Of a stretch of 64,000 nt of DNA, positions 25,035-37,640 are shown one piece after another (the first letter of the stretch is position 1; the number at the start of each line of letters is the position of its first letter). This stretch comes from Squalus acanthias (lineage: Eukaryota). Below the pieces are notes generated by a model. That model was not told where the DNA came from. It did not search any database and saw only the letters and a program-made list of their open reading frames with translations. The position numbers and the translations under genes were made by a program. The stretch covers positions 18,292,001-18,356,000 of the forward strand of contig CM059433.1 in assembly GCA_030390025.1 (NCBI GenBank), in the 5' to 3' direction.

Positions 25035-25778
25035 GGGCCAGAAATTCGGCACTTGCTGTGTGAGTACGCGCTGTGTACTCACCCGTAAGGCCACCTGAAG
25101 TGCCGGTTTCCTGCATGCACTGCGCATGCACGGGAAACCAGAACTTCCGGTCTCGTGCAGGGAGGGGTTCAGAGGTGAACCGCGTGCGCACGCAGCGAAC
25201 TTAGGTTTTTTTTCAGGTTTCTCCGGGAGGGTAAGTATGGAAGAAGCTGCGCTTTTAAAAAGGAGGCGCAAGACCCGTTTTTAACAAGGTAAGTGGTTAA
25301 TTAATTACAATTTAAAAATTTTTTCAACAGGTTTATGTTTTTTAGATACTTTAAAGAAAGGTAAGTTTATTTTTAGCACTGTTAAAAAGTATTTTATTTT
25401 TTCAAAAATTTTAATTTTTTGTTTAAAGTAGTTAATTTATTTAACTTAGTTATTTTAAAAATGTGATGGTTTTTAAAAAAATTATTTGAAGTTTAGGTGT
25501 TGTTTTGGGGCCGATTTCAATTCATACATTTGACAGGTCCTGTCAAATCTATGAATGAAAGATGGTCTGCTGCCATTGGCTCTCCATGGCCCATGTGATC
25601 CCAGGGGACGCTTCGCACTAACTACGCCCCTGGGATACACAAGCACTGCGCGCCGGCAGCTGCAGGAGGCCCAGGAGCTGAAGTCCCCGTGGGCCCAGAG
25701 GTCAACGGCAGGCGCGGTAGGTAGGTGCGCGCGCGATCCTTGCACCCGTGGGAAGCCAGGGAGCCGAATTTCTGGCCC
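25035..25778 (+). mobile_element. MITE family A, copy 3 (more divergent)
   Basis: Perfect 16-bp TIR GGGCCAGAAATTCGGC; flanks ATT and AAT. Confidence 0.87.
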
Positions 25779-25805
25779 AATGTCACAACACCAACCCAGG
25801 AAATT

Positions 25806-26351
25806 GGGTCAGGGTTCATCACCGATGTATGGCGGGTTGGCGGTGGAATTCCTGCCGCCAAGGTAGAGCCCACCATTGCCCAGCTGCAAAATCCCAGTGG
25901 TGCTGCAGCACCAAGAAGATGCAGCTGTTCAGTCAAAGGGCAGAGCACTCCAAAGATCAGTAGACCAATGAAACAAAGTAATTGAGGGCTGGCATGGGGG
26001 ACGAGGAGGCCACTACTTGCCCCCCCCACCTTCCACGGGGGCATCTCAGGGCCATTACTTCTGTTTCCAGGGATCTACCACCACCTTCCTCATGATGACT
26101 GTAACGCCATCGAACGATAGGGAAATCTGACATGGCCCCGGCCCCTGGGCTCTCCCCCAACACCCCCTCTGGTATTCACATGCAGTGGGCGGGGAAGGAG
26201 TGGCCAGCAATGATTATGGTGCGGGAGGGAAATGCGAGTTCGGCATTGAGGTGCTGGTAGGCCTCACGGGCGTCACCGCTCATATATTCCTTCATTCTGC
26301 GCCACTATCCCGCCTGATATTGGGCGTGATTGTGGAGGAGAATCCAGCCCC
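25806..26351. mobile_element. Probable degenerate MITE
   Basis: GC-rich block with imperfect ends GGGTCAGGGTTC ... GAATCCAGCCCC. Confidence 0.45.
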
Positions 26352-26479
26352 AGGTCTCTAACGTGCTCTCAGCTGGCAAATGCCATGTGGATTGTGAAGA
26401 TTTCAGTTTTAATTTTTTTTAATTAACTTGCAAAAATCATCTAAATATGTTTTAAAAAGAATGTGCTTGTCTTTTGCAG

Positions 26480-26779
26480 AAAATGATACTGCTGCCAGTT
26501 TGCTACATCCATCAACACAGCCCACAGCTGATGCACCACTTGCAAAAGTGAACCCCTATTCAGTTGTAGATATCACACCACTCCAGGAAGTCGATCAAGT
26601 CGAGTTATCAGGAACAGAACAGAGCCACCAGGACAGTAAGGCAACGGGTCATACGCTACCTACTGGATATTGTGTGCCAGTTCCCTGTGGATATGCTGTG
26701 CCATCCAATGTACCATTGTTGATTCCTACATATTCAGCACCTGTTCCTTTAATAAGAAATTTTTCTGTGGATGAGGAAG
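26480..26779 (+). CDS. ARHGEF10: ARHGEF10 coding exon B (ENDTAAS...KVNPYSVVDITPLQ...VPVPCGYAVPSNVPLLIPTYSAP...DEE), phase 1-1
   Basis: Characteristic ARHGEF10 motifs KVNPYSVxDITP and VPVPCGYAVPSN; TTTTGCAG acceptor, AAG|GTGAGG donor. Confidence 0.95.
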
Positions 26780-27438
26780 GTGAGGAGTCTACATTGTAAA
26801 AACGGGAATTGGAAATAAGATTTGTTAGCTGTAATTTATTATTTTCCGATATATGTTTTTATTTATAAGGACATAGTCTGTCCGATTTTTATTTTTCACC
26901 TCAGCCCACCCACTCACCATATCCCTTAATCTCTCCCCTCTCCAGATATACATGTAGTTGCCTTCTGAACCCATATATGCCATGTATAAAAAATAAACTA
27001 GGTTAGCTGGGAATGTTTGCAAACCAATATCAAGGGATTCAGATGAAATGAGATTGAGAGAGTAAAGTTGAAGAGGTCTGTAACAGTCACCCGAACCACA
27101 AGAGAAGATGCCAACCTTCAGAGCAGCGCCCACGCAATCGTCCTACGGCTTCTTACCACCTTCAGATTCTTTTTGTATGATTTAACTAACATATTTTCAG
27201 AACTCGATATAAATTCTATAGGATTTGTATGGGAAAAGAGAGGGAGAGAAAAAGGAAGTGAGGAAACATATTCTATTTGGAAAAGGTGCAATCTTGCTAA
27301 AAGTGGAAATCATATTTATCCTGAGCCCAGTTAATTTGACTAACAAATATATTCTTTAGTATTTGATAGCCCTGGATTTACAGGCACGAGGTTGAAGAGA
27401 TGTTTTTAATAATGTTATTATTTCCTATATGTTCACAG

Positions 27439-27499
27439 TACCATTTAAAAGTGAAGACTTTCATGCTAGTCTTACTCAGTCAAACAGTCAGCAGGTTGG
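27439..27499 (+). CDS. ARHGEF10: ARHGEF10 coding exon C (VPFKSEDFHASLTQSNSQQVG), phase 1-2
   Basis: TTCACAG acceptor, TGG|GTAAGT donor, open frame; this exon reconciles phase 1 (exon B) with phase 2 (exon D). Poorly conserved, so not confirmed by homology. Confidence 0.75.
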
Positions 27500-27809
27500 G
27501 TAAGTTTGTGTCCGTTTTATATTAACGATTGAAAAATTTAGAACTGTTAAATTTTCACAAGGGAAGATTTTCTTTGTTTAACTCCTCCTTTTCCCACTGC
27601 CCTTTTCCAGAATTGTTCAGGCTTATGTTCCTTGTGCTGTTCTGCTAACTTGTAGGTGTGTGGCTCTATAAGGCTGCAAAGTCTAACCGCTAATTAAACA
27701 CTTTCTTTCTAAGGTTAACGGCTATTCAGGCTGGAGATTGGAACCATTGCTTTGTTTGTGGAAAGGTCAATTCCAGTGTGCTGTATTCCTGCACAGATTT
27801 GTTTATATG

Positions 27810-28198
27810 ATCAAAATTCTCATCCTTGTTTTCAAATCCCTCCATGGCCTTGCCCTTCCCTATCCTTCGGTCCTACAACCCCCACCCCCACTGAGATATC
27901 TGAGCTCCTCTAATTCTGGCCACTTGCGCATCCCTGATTTTAATCGCTGCACCATTGGTGGCCGTGCCTTCAGTTGCCAAGGCCCTAAGCTCTGGAATTC
28001 CCTCCCAAAAGCTCTCCACCTCTCTCTCCTCCTTTAAGACTCTCCTTAAAACCTACCTCTTTGACCAAGCTTTTGGTCATCTGCCCGAATATCATCTTAT
28101 GTGGCTCAGTGTCAAATTTTTATTTGATAATCGCTCCTGTGAAGCGCCTTGGGGCGTTTTACTGCATTAAAGGCGCTATACAAATACAAGTTGTTGTT
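27810..28198 (+). mobile_element. L2 LINE 3' fragment
   Basis: KILILVFKSLHGLA...TIGGRAFSCQGPKLWNSLP; tail AAAGGCGCTATACAAATACAAGTTGTTGTT is shared with the DeuSINE tails. Confidence 0.85.
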
Positions 28199-28395
28199 AC
28201 CGGTTCCAAATGATTTCTTGGTGTCTTTATTTTTTCCTCAAGTGTGACGCACACATTTGCATTAGGCAGGTTATGATGTCTGAAGTGTGATGCACAAGAG
28301 GTGCATGCATACATAAAGGTTTTTTTTAAATAGTGTATATACGTAGTTATAGATTATAAGTTGTTCTCTCATGACGTTACTGTGTCCAAAAACGT

Positions 28396-28478
28396 TGGAT
28401 GAATTTCCTCCGGCGTAAATGGGGTTCCTCTCGAAGTTATGGTGGTAAAGCAGGAGAACCCCCGAGGAAATTCACCCC
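28396..28478. mobile_element. Tiny MITE-like hairpin
   Basis: TGAATTTCCTC ... GAGGAAATTCA inverted ends, inner GGGGTTC/GAACCCC. Confidence 0.5.
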
Positions 28479-29106
28479 ATTATCTCTTGTTGCTTCATTC
28501 CCATTGTCTCATTCATTTTCTGTCCCTATCTCTGTCTTTTTTTGACTTACTCTTTCTTTCTCATTAATTCTTTCCTTTCCTCTATCTCTAACATAAATGT
28601 GTCAGTATGTTTCCTTACTGATGTGCTGAATTTTTATCTCTCGGGTGGCTGGACGGGTTCCTGGCCGATCCTGCTCTCTCTTAGGATCGTCCCCATATTC
28701 TGCATTGCTACACATTCTATGAATCAAGTAATGTTACAAGTGGAAGACTAGAAATTAGATTTGTTTCCACTCTGCTTTTGGAACTTTGAAGGTTACTTCA
28801 CATAACTTATTTCTGTGCAACAAAGTGATCAGAAATGTTAAACAATTGTACTTTATTGATATAATGTTAACTAGTTTTGCATGCTGTCTTTACAATATAA
28901 ACCACATCACTTTGCAAAAAATTTGGTGGAAGTCTGGCATTTTATTGCTAGCATTGCAAAGAGTCTGTAGCATTTGGATGCTCTTCAATCGCCAGGAGGA
29001 AGGAGACGTGGGTGCAGTGGCTACCGTATTTGTTTTTAGTTTGTGCCAATGTATTCACTAAAAATGCACTGTATGTTACAGATTCTTTTCTTTCATTTTA
29101 TTATAG

Positions 29107-29186
29107 TGAAGATTACCTTGCTTTGGAAACGGGAGATGCCTTTACCAAATGGGCTTCAGACCCAGCAAATACAGCATGGCTGGAGG
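29107..29186 (+). CDS. ARHGEF10: ARHGEF10 coding exon D (EDYLALETGDAFTKWASDPANTAWLE), phase 2-1
   Basis: WAxDPANTAW motif; TTATAG acceptor, AGG|GTATGT donor. Confidence 0.95.
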
Positions 29187-30478
29187 GTATGTATCAATAA
29201 CATCATGAATGCATTACTAATTAAAACACCATAAATCTTCAAGTATGTCCCTTTGTATAAGTGCATCTCCCACTTTGGACTGTGAATTGTAGGAAAAGTG
29301 TATAATGCTCGCTCTCGCTCTCGCTCCTCTCCCCCCCCCCCCCCCCCCCCCCCCCCTCCAACACACTTCTGACTTTGGAACTGTTCAGATAAAGTACTTG
29401 GCCATGTGCCATTACGAGCGATGGTGCAGCAGAGAAGCTTACGATAGTTGAGTATGCGGAGATGCAGCAGCAGAGACACGGGGCATGAATTCCGATTAAG
29501 TGAAGCTAATGTGCTAATTAGTGAGGTTCCAAAAAAACGAGTGTGGAGAGCATTCAACAAATGAAGAATAGCCAGCAGCTTTTCAAGCACTGAAAAAAAA
29601 GTGTCAATCCAAGGAATAATTAGAGTAAGCATTGATCAAACTCAGACTTAAAGCTATATCTCCAGCTAAAAACATGGGTGACTCCTTTGTCATCTGGGGG
29701 TGGATGATTCTTCCAACAGCATAACCAATTCTACAATCCACAGAAAATGCCCATTGCATCAGAAGTTGCAATGGTTGAAGACAATGATGCTGACAGTTAC
29801 CGTATGAACACTGAGAGCAAGGTTGAGGACACAGACTTGCGCACTTTTTTTTTTAACCTGTGGGATCTTAGCCTTCCTTATACTATTTGTAGTTATTTTA
29901 AAACTGATTTTTATATTTGTCTCTCTCTCCCTTTTTAAAGTTTATTTATCATTAGAACTTCCTTCTTCAACCACCGAGGTTTCTTTTTTGTTTTTAGGAT
30001 CCAATTCATACAGCACAGAAGGAGAACATTTGGCCCATCATACTCTTTGAAAAGAGCTATCCAATTAGTCCCGCTCGCCTGCTCTCTTCCCCTGGCCCTG
30101 CAAATTTTTCCTTTTTAAGTATATATCCACTTCCCTTTTGAAAGTTACTATTGAATCCTCTTCCACCACCCTTTCAGGCAGTGCATTCCAGATTATCATA
30201 ACTTTTTGGGTACATATAAGGCTGCTTTCTCTCTCTCAGCAATGTTTTAAAATATTCCATTTATCTTCTGTATTGTAATAATTATTACTCAGTACTGTAG
30301 CCCAGTCCACCTTCCCCCAAGTCTTCATGCCTTTACATTTTGCTCCATCAAAAATTGGTATTAACATTGTTACCCCTTGTACAGCCCCTCATTAGTTTAA
30401 GAGACAGTAAACACCATTGTCCAGATCTTCACCCACATATCACCAGCTCTCATACTTGCTACTGAACGCTAAATACTA

Positions 30479-30813
30479 GGGCACGGATTTTGCGGTACAA
30501 ATAACGGTGAGGCTATCTGCAGTCACTGTTACTAAAAGTAAATTGGACAGCAACTTCCCACGACCGCACATGTGCACTTAACGCAGAAATCAGGAAGTTG
30601 ATGTCTGAGTTGCCCTGCTCCTCCAGAAGCTTTGCTATAGTGGTATCTCGCTGAGAGACTCGCCATTGAAATGCATGGAAGGCCGTGAAGTGCAAGTATA
30701 AGTTCAATTTTAATGGCATGATAAGTCATAATTACTGCCAAACAACCTCTCTGGCACTGAGAATTAATTATTACAAGTGTGGAGTCTCATTCCTTTAGAT
30801 TTTAATTATTGTT
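30479..30813. mobile_element. Partial MITE (related to 33069-33815 and 40035-41309), truncated by a SINE
   Basis: Starts GGGCACGGATTTTGC; shares GAAGTTG/GCGCA-type blocks with those elements. Confidence 0.55.
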
Positions 30814-31212
30814 GGAGACTTGAGCACAAAAATCTAGGCTGACACTCCAGTGCACTGCTGAGGGAGTGCTGCGCTGCCAGAGGTGCCGTCTTTCGGATGA
30901 GACATTAAACCAAGGTCCCGTCTGCTCTCTCAAGTGAATGTAAAAGATCCCATGGCACTATTTTGAAGAAGAACAGGGGAGTTATTCCCAGTGTCCTGGC
31001 CAATATTTAACCCTCAATCAACATAACAAAAACAGATTATCTGGTCATTATCACATTGCTGTTTGTGGGAGCTTGCTGTGCGCAAATTGGCTGCCGCATT
31101 TCCTACATTACAACAGTGACTACACTCCAAAAGTACTTCATTGGCTGTAAAGTGCTTTGAGATGTCCGGTGGCTGTGAAAGGTGCTATATAAATGCAAGT
31201 ATTTCTTCTTTT
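30814..31212 (+). mobile_element. DeuSINE (SacSINE1-like), lacking the tRNA head
   Basis: Body and tail match 35073-35540. Confidence 0.88.
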
Positions 31213-31512
31213 TAGTGTAGATCAGATATGATGAGCATGAATACTGGCATTTATTTGAACAAGATAATTTGTAATGTGGTACTTGTAGCTACAGAATTGG
31301 ACAGTGCTAATACAAGAGAAAATTGAAGTTATAAAATTTAGAAGTCGTCTGTTTGGAAAGGGAATAAAACAATCTTAAAAAGCGAGTTCATGAAGGATCA
31401 CAAGGTGCGGATACTGAAACCTCACTGGCCAGATTGGTATGTGTTTGTATAGTCTGAAATAGGACTCAAGTAGAATGTGAAACCATGAATTTACAAACTA
31501 TTCAAAGACTAT

Positions 31513-32575
31513 TTGACAGAAAACAGAGAGTAGGAATAAACGGGTCATTTTTGGGTTGGCAGGCTGTAACGAGTGGGGTACCACAAGGATCAGTGCTTGG
31601 GCCTCAGCTATTCACAATCTACATCAATGATTTGGATGAGGGGACCAAATGTAATATATCCAAGTTTGCTGATGATACAAAGCTGGGTGGGAATATAAGT
31701 TGTGAGGAGGATGCAAAGAGGCTTCAAGGGGGATATAGACAGGCTAAGTGAGTGGGCAAGAACATGACAAATGGAATGTAATGTGGAGAAATGTGAAGTT
31801 ATCCACTTTGGTAGGAAAAATAGAAAAGCAGAGTATTTTTTAAATGGTGAGAGATTGGGAAATGTTGGTGTTCAGAGGGACCTGTGTGTCCTTGTATACG
31901 AATCACTAAAAGTTAACATGCAGGTACAGCAAGCAATTAAGAAAGCAAATGGCATGTTGGCCTTTATTACAAGAGGATTTGAGTATAAAAGTAAAGATGT
32001 CTTACTGCAATTATATAGGGCCCTGGTGAGACTGCACCTGGAGTATTGTGTACAGTTTTGGTCTCCTTACCTAAGGAAGGATATACTTGCCATAGAGGGA
32101 GTGCAACAAAGGTTCACCAGACTGGTTCCTGGGATGGGGGGGATTGTCCTAATGAGAGATTGAGTAAACTAGGCCTATATTCTCTCGCGTTTAGAAGAAT
32201 ATGATGTGATCTCATTGAAACATACAAAATTCTTACAGGGCTTGACAGGGTAGATGCAGGGAGAATGTTTCCCCTGGCTGGGGAGTCCAGAACCAGGGGT
32301 CACAGTCTCAGAATAAGGGGTCGGCCATTTAGGACTGAGATGAGAAATTTCTTCACTCAGAGGGTGGTGAATCTTTGGAATTCTCTACCTCAGAGGGCTG
32401 TGGAGGCTCAGTCGTTGAGTATATTCAAGACAGAGATTGATAGATTTTTGGATATCAAGGGATATGGGGCTAGTGCAGGAAAGTGGAGTTGAGGTAGAAG
32501 ATCAGCCATGATCTTATTGAATGGCGGCGTGGGCTTGAGGGGCTGAATGGCCTCCTCCTCCTCCTATTTCTTTTG
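31513..32575 (+). mobile_element. CR1 3' fragment (RT to tail)
   Basis: [31 protein letters not shown] and CR1 tail. Confidence 0.92.
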
Positions 32576-32780
32576 TCTCTAAACTAAACAAAAGCATCTT
32601 GCTTCCTCATAATTTATGCTGAAGCAAACATTCAAATAATAGCACTAACTTGGAACATTTTTATTAATTAAATTAATGACTGGTTATTTTATTTGGGCAA
32701 CAGTAATGTACAAATATTGCACAAGGGAGATTTTAAAACAGTATACAAACTACCTGAATGATTTGTGTCTTTCCTCACAG

Positions 32781-32840
32781 GTCAGGATGAAGTGATTTAT
32801 GATGATGTGCCAAGAGAAAATTCAGATGCATCAGTAACCG
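32781..32840 (+). CDS. ARHGEF10: ARHGEF10 coding exon E (GQDEVIYDDVPRENSDASVT), phase 1-1
   Basis: IYDDVPRENSD motif; CCTCACAG acceptor, CCG|GTAAGT donor. Absent from the ORF track (too short). Confidence 0.95.
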
Positions 32841-33068
32841 GTAAGTGCTATCTAATGTGGGTTTATTACCTTCTGCAATGAACAGTCTGTCCTTGAATGT
32901 AATGATCCACAATTAACCTTTTTGGGTCTGCACTGCATTCTGCCACAAATTTAAAATAAAAAGTTATCGTAGAGTGTTGTTCTCACTGTAGCGCTGAGTG
33001 CTGAGATGACCAAAAAACACCCTGTTGCTACATTTGTTAATGTAGCAGTTCGCATGATGACAAATAAT

Positions 33069-33815
33069 GGCCCGCAACTTGCGGCCAGCAGCAAAGCCAC
33101 TGGCCCCGAGGTAAGCTTTGCACAAAGATCTCGCGATCTCTGTGGCGAGAAGTTCGGCTTTTCCGATGTGTAATTGAAATCAATGCCAGTTAATGGGGAT
33201 TCCCAGCGAAGAGCTGCTGTGACGTCAGCAAGCTGTCTCAGCAGCCAATCAAAACGCAGAATTCTCACAGACAGCGAACCAGGCAGTGGGTAGGCGCTTA
33301 AAATTCTAACTTTTAAAAAATATTAGAGAGCGCAAAACAAAGTTTGGGGCTCTCACATGGGGAAACGGAAAACCTGAAATAAAGATGAACAATTTTTTTT
33401 TTAAGTTTGTTAAAAAAAATTGGCATTCTTATTAAAATGGATAAATTTGGCAATCCACAAAAATAAAATTCGTTTTCATGGGCAATAACCTTTGTTTTAG
33501 CAGTCACTGCCCTGTTAAAACCCCAGGTACACCTAATCCCAAAAGGGTCCAACTTTTAATGGGGTATTTAACAGCGATATTACCGCGGAAGAGCCGAAGT
33601 TTTCGTCACTTTCCATGATTTGACGGATTACACTGCCAGTTCTGGCGGGTTGGGGGGTGGGGGGGGCGGTGCCACAGCACAGCCTGGGGAGGAGCAGTCA
33701 AGGACAGACCGCAACTTCAGGATTTTCACATTGGACTGCGCAGGCACTAAATCTTGAAGTTGCGGTCAGTTTCAAAGGTGAAATGACGGCGAACGCTGCC
33801 AGTGAAGTCCGGGCC
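33069..33815. mobile_element. MITE family B
   Basis: Ends GGCCCGCAACTT ... AAGTCCGGGCC; AAT on both flanks. Confidence 0.75.
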
Positions 33816-34077
33816 AATTATATATTTTGAAAGTAAACTTAATCTTCGACAATCAAGGTTATATCTTAATTGCATACATATGGAATTTTGTCTGAAGTAC
33901 AGATATGTGCGTCCACTGTAAATACAGAAATGATCTTAATTCTGAAGGTAGGTGTAAATGTACCAGTTTTTTGAGTTGTCAAAATGAGTGTTCATTTTAA
34001 TAGACTTATCGCACAATTAGAGGAAAGGTTTGAAGTGGCAATTGAATAACCATCTGTAATTGGTACCTTGTTGCCAG

Positions 34078-34262
34078 ATCCAGAAGAACTCATTTATGAT
34101 GATGTGGAACATGGAGACGAGGCTGCGACCAGTTCTTTAGATTATGGTTGGAGCTCCAGTGAGTTTGAGAGCTATGAAGAACAAAGTGATGGAGAGTCCA
34201 AAAGTGAAAATGGAATTCCTAACTCCTTCCTCCAAGGCAAATCTCACAAGAATAAGATGCAT
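34078..34262 (+). CDS. ARHGEF10: ARHGEF10 coding exon F (DPEELIYDDVEHGDE...YGWSSSEFESYEEQSD...KNKMH), phase 1-0
   Basis: YGWSSSEFESYEEQSD motif; TTGCCAG acceptor, CAT|GTATGT donor. Confidence 0.96.
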
Positions 34263-34656
34263 GTATGTACTATTCACTTTCCCGTTTTTGTTTTTAAAAC
34301 TCATTATGACCATCAATTTAAGGTTTGAATCCTCAAAGGGCAAAGAAGCACGAGGGGAAGTACTTGTTGAAGAATGTTCCCGTTTTATATAGAAGAAAAT
34401 AGTAGCCGCAGAGAAAGGTTAAAATTCCTTGCCCTCAGATCGAACATCTTTCTCTTTTGGCCATTCAGTGACTGACTGGAACATGCACATGCATCCTAGA
34501 GCTTCAAAGGAAACAGTAGGGCTCAGACCAGCTCAAACTGCTTGAGTCGTGGGACCCTGGAATCCATGCCACTGGCTAGGATATCTGCATCCCCAGGCAA
34601 TAGTGGAGTTTGCTGGGATTTAGGAGGTTTCGAATTTGCTGAGATCACCAATTTCA

Positions 34657-34970
34657 CAGAATCCCAGAATCCCCACAGTGCAGATAGAGGCCATTTCGGC
34701 CCATCGAGCCTACACCGACACACATCCCACCCTATCCCCGTAACCCCATGTATTTAATCCCCCCTAACACTAAGGGTCAATTTATCATAGCCAAATCAAC
34801 CTAACCCGCACATCTTTTGACTGTGGGAGGAAACCGGAGCACCCGGAGGAAACCCACGCAGACACGGGGAGAATGTGCAAACTCCACACAGTCAACCGAG
34901 GCCGGATTCGAACCCGGGTCCCTGGCGCTGTGAGGCAACAGTGCTAACCACTATGCCACCGTGTTGCCCC
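34657..34970 (-). mobile_element. HE1-like V-SINE
   Basis: Head GGTGGCATAGTGGTTAGCAC...GGTTCGAATCC, V-domain TGTGTGGAGTTTGCACATTCTCCCCGTGTCTGCGTGGGTTTCCTCCGGGTGCTCCGG, CR1-type tail. Confidence 0.9.
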
Positions 34971-35072
34971 TCAAATAAAGTGATCATATGATCACTTTAT
35001 TCATATGATCGTATATCTTCAAAAGAAAAAAAAATCAACGGATGATATCCTCTTGTTTAACATCATCATCCA

Positions 35073-35080
35073 GTGTCCGC

Positions 35081-35123
<43 letters not shown>

Positions 35124-35540
35124 GTGGGTTCAAATCCCACTCCAGGGACTTGAGCACAAAAATCTAGGCTGACACTCCAGTGCAGTGCTGAGGGAGCGCT
35201 GCATTGTCGGAGGTGCCGTCTTTCGGATGAGGCATTAAACTGAGGCCCGTCTGCTCTCTCAGGTGGATGTTTTAAATTATCCCATGGCATTATTTTGAAG
35301 AAGAGCAGGGGAGTTATCCCCGGTGTCCCGGCCAATATTTATCCCTCAATCAACATGACAAAAAACAGATTATCTGGTCATTATCACTTTGCTGTTTGTG
35401 GGAGCTTGCTGTGCGCAAATTGGCTTCCGAGTTTCCTACATTACAACAGTGACAACACTTCAAAAAGAGTACTTCATTGGCGCTTTGAGACGTCCGGTGG
35501 TCGTGAAAGGCGCTATATGAATGCAAGTCTTTTTCTATTC
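35073..35540 (+). mobile_element. DeuSINE (SacSINE1-like), full length
   Basis: A box TGGCTCAGTGG, B box GGTTCAAATCC, Deu domain, L2-type tail. Confidence 0.9.
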
Positions 35541-35960
35541 CTTACACATGTGACTGCTAAATGATGGCCGGAAGTTAAAATGATTCTCTTCCCCACCTGC
35601 CCCATGTAAAGTACTTCCCAAAACACAAGCAGCACTGAAAAGTTACTGAGCATTGAACTCTAAATCTCAGCAGTATTATTGAGCCAAGTCATTCCCAACA
35701 AGAAGGGAGGAATTTGCAGGCAGGATTGTTATTGAGCCATCTTTATGTACCTCGTAGCGGCTGGACGAAACAGCATTGGTATACGTCTGGAAACAGCTTG
35801 CCTTGCAAATTCCTCAGACATGGGAGGTATGTAGTTGGAAAGGAGGGAAATGGTACTAACCTATCCTGAAAAAGTGTTGTTTCCTGCACCCTAAGTGCAG
35901 TTCGGCAGTTAAAATCCATTACACACGGCTTCCCCTCGTTTAGAGAATCAGAAAAAAAAA

Positions 35961-35978
35961 TCTGCCCCCTGCTGGTCA
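35961..35978 (-). promoter_or_regulatory. Candidate CTCF site
   Basis: Reverse complement TGACCAGCAGGGGGCAGA closely matches the CTCF core CCASYAGRKGGC. Confidence 0.5.
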
Positions 35979-36649
35979 CTTCTGTAAGCTACAGCAAAGA
36001 TGCTCCGCTGATGTTGGCTGTTGCTCCATCAGCCAGTGGCTGCGTAACAGCAGCACATAAATTAAAGTCATGGTGTAAGAGAGCCATTCAACACACGGAG
36101 CGCTACCTTCTGCTGAACAGGGAATTGATCCAACTCCCCTGTTGAACACTGGTGCTATACACGAAGGAAATTGGTGATTCCTCCTGTGAAAACGTTATTG
36201 TTAAGTGGAGCTTGTTATTTAGTTTTAATTATATTCTTTATTTCTCCTACTCTAGTTTTATACAAAAGATCTCTGAATTGCCGTTTAATCTATCTCTTTA
36301 CTTTTCCCAATGGGAATAGTTAGCCTGTACAGCTTTTCTCCAAAGATCTGCTATCTTTGTTGTTGCCCCTCTCTGAATTCTTTCCATTGGCTTGTATATC
36401 CTTTTGCAAATACAACGACTGGAGATGGTATTCACTGTGTATTCTTACAAATGACTTGTGGAATTTCAGTTACATCCCTGAACTTGAATGTATTCAAACA
36501 CCTTACAACATCTATCTTGGCTTCACCATTGCACTTCTGCTCTGCAACATCACTTCCAATGTTGGCCACCTGCTGTACCCAGATCATCTTCCTAACTTTT
36601 ATTTAATGATGCACAACCTTTAGATCGGCACATGTTGCTGCTGAACACT

Positions 36650-37200
36650 AATCTACAAGGCACAAGTCAGGAGTGTGATGGAATACTCTCCACTTGCCTG
36701 GATGAGTGCAGCTCCAACAACACTCAAGAAGCTCGACACCATCCAGGACAAAGCAGCCCGCTTGATTGGCACCCCATCCACCACCTTAAACATTCACTCC
36801 CTCCACCACCGGCGCACCGTGGCTTCAGTGTGTACCATCTATAAGATGCACTGCAGCAACTCGCCAAGGCTTCTTCGGCAGCACCTCCCAAACCCGTGAC
36901 CTCTTCCACCTAGAAGGGCAAGGGCAACAGGCGCATGGGAACACCACCACCTCCAAGTTCCCCTCCAAGTCACACACCATCCTGACTTGGAAATATATCG
37001 CTGATCCTTCATCGTCGCTGGGTCAAAATCCTGGAACTCCCTACCTAACAGAGCACTGTGGGAGTACCTTCACCACACGGACTGCAGCGGTTCAAGAAGG
37101 CAGCTCACCACCACCTTCTCCAGGGCAATTAGGGATGGGCAATAAATGCTGGTCTTGCCAGCGACGCCCACATCTCATGAACAGATAATAAAAATTAAAA
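36650..37200 (+). mobile_element. 3' fragment of the 728-3960 LINE family
   Basis: MEYSPLAWMSAAPTTLKKLD and the shared tail. Confidence 0.9.
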
Positions 37201-37640
37201 AATTCTGCACCAGTGAAGTACCTAGCTGGCACTGAAGCTTTATGTTGTTGCCACTGAATCAGGAGCCAGGAGAAAGCTGATTTAGGTTGTTGTGATTGCT
37301 GACCTGCTACTCGATTCCGCTGAGCAGCTGTTTGCCAGCTTTTAGAGCCGATCTGCTGGATTTTCAGCTAACTGTGTGAGGAGAGAAGATTTCCTATTTT
37401 CTCTGCGGGAAGCTTCGCTTACATTTGGCTGTTCTTCCTGCCCATCCAAACCCGCCCATCCAAACCCTCCCATAGTCATTTTCCCTTTAAGGTATTTTCA
37501 ACTCATTACAATATTTTTAGATTCATAGATGTAGAATTGTCACAATAGAGACCTGTTAAACGAGACTGTCTCCATAACACCGCGCTTTGTGATACTACTG
37601 GAGTCTTGTTTTCTAGATTAACCATGATTGTAAATAAGTT

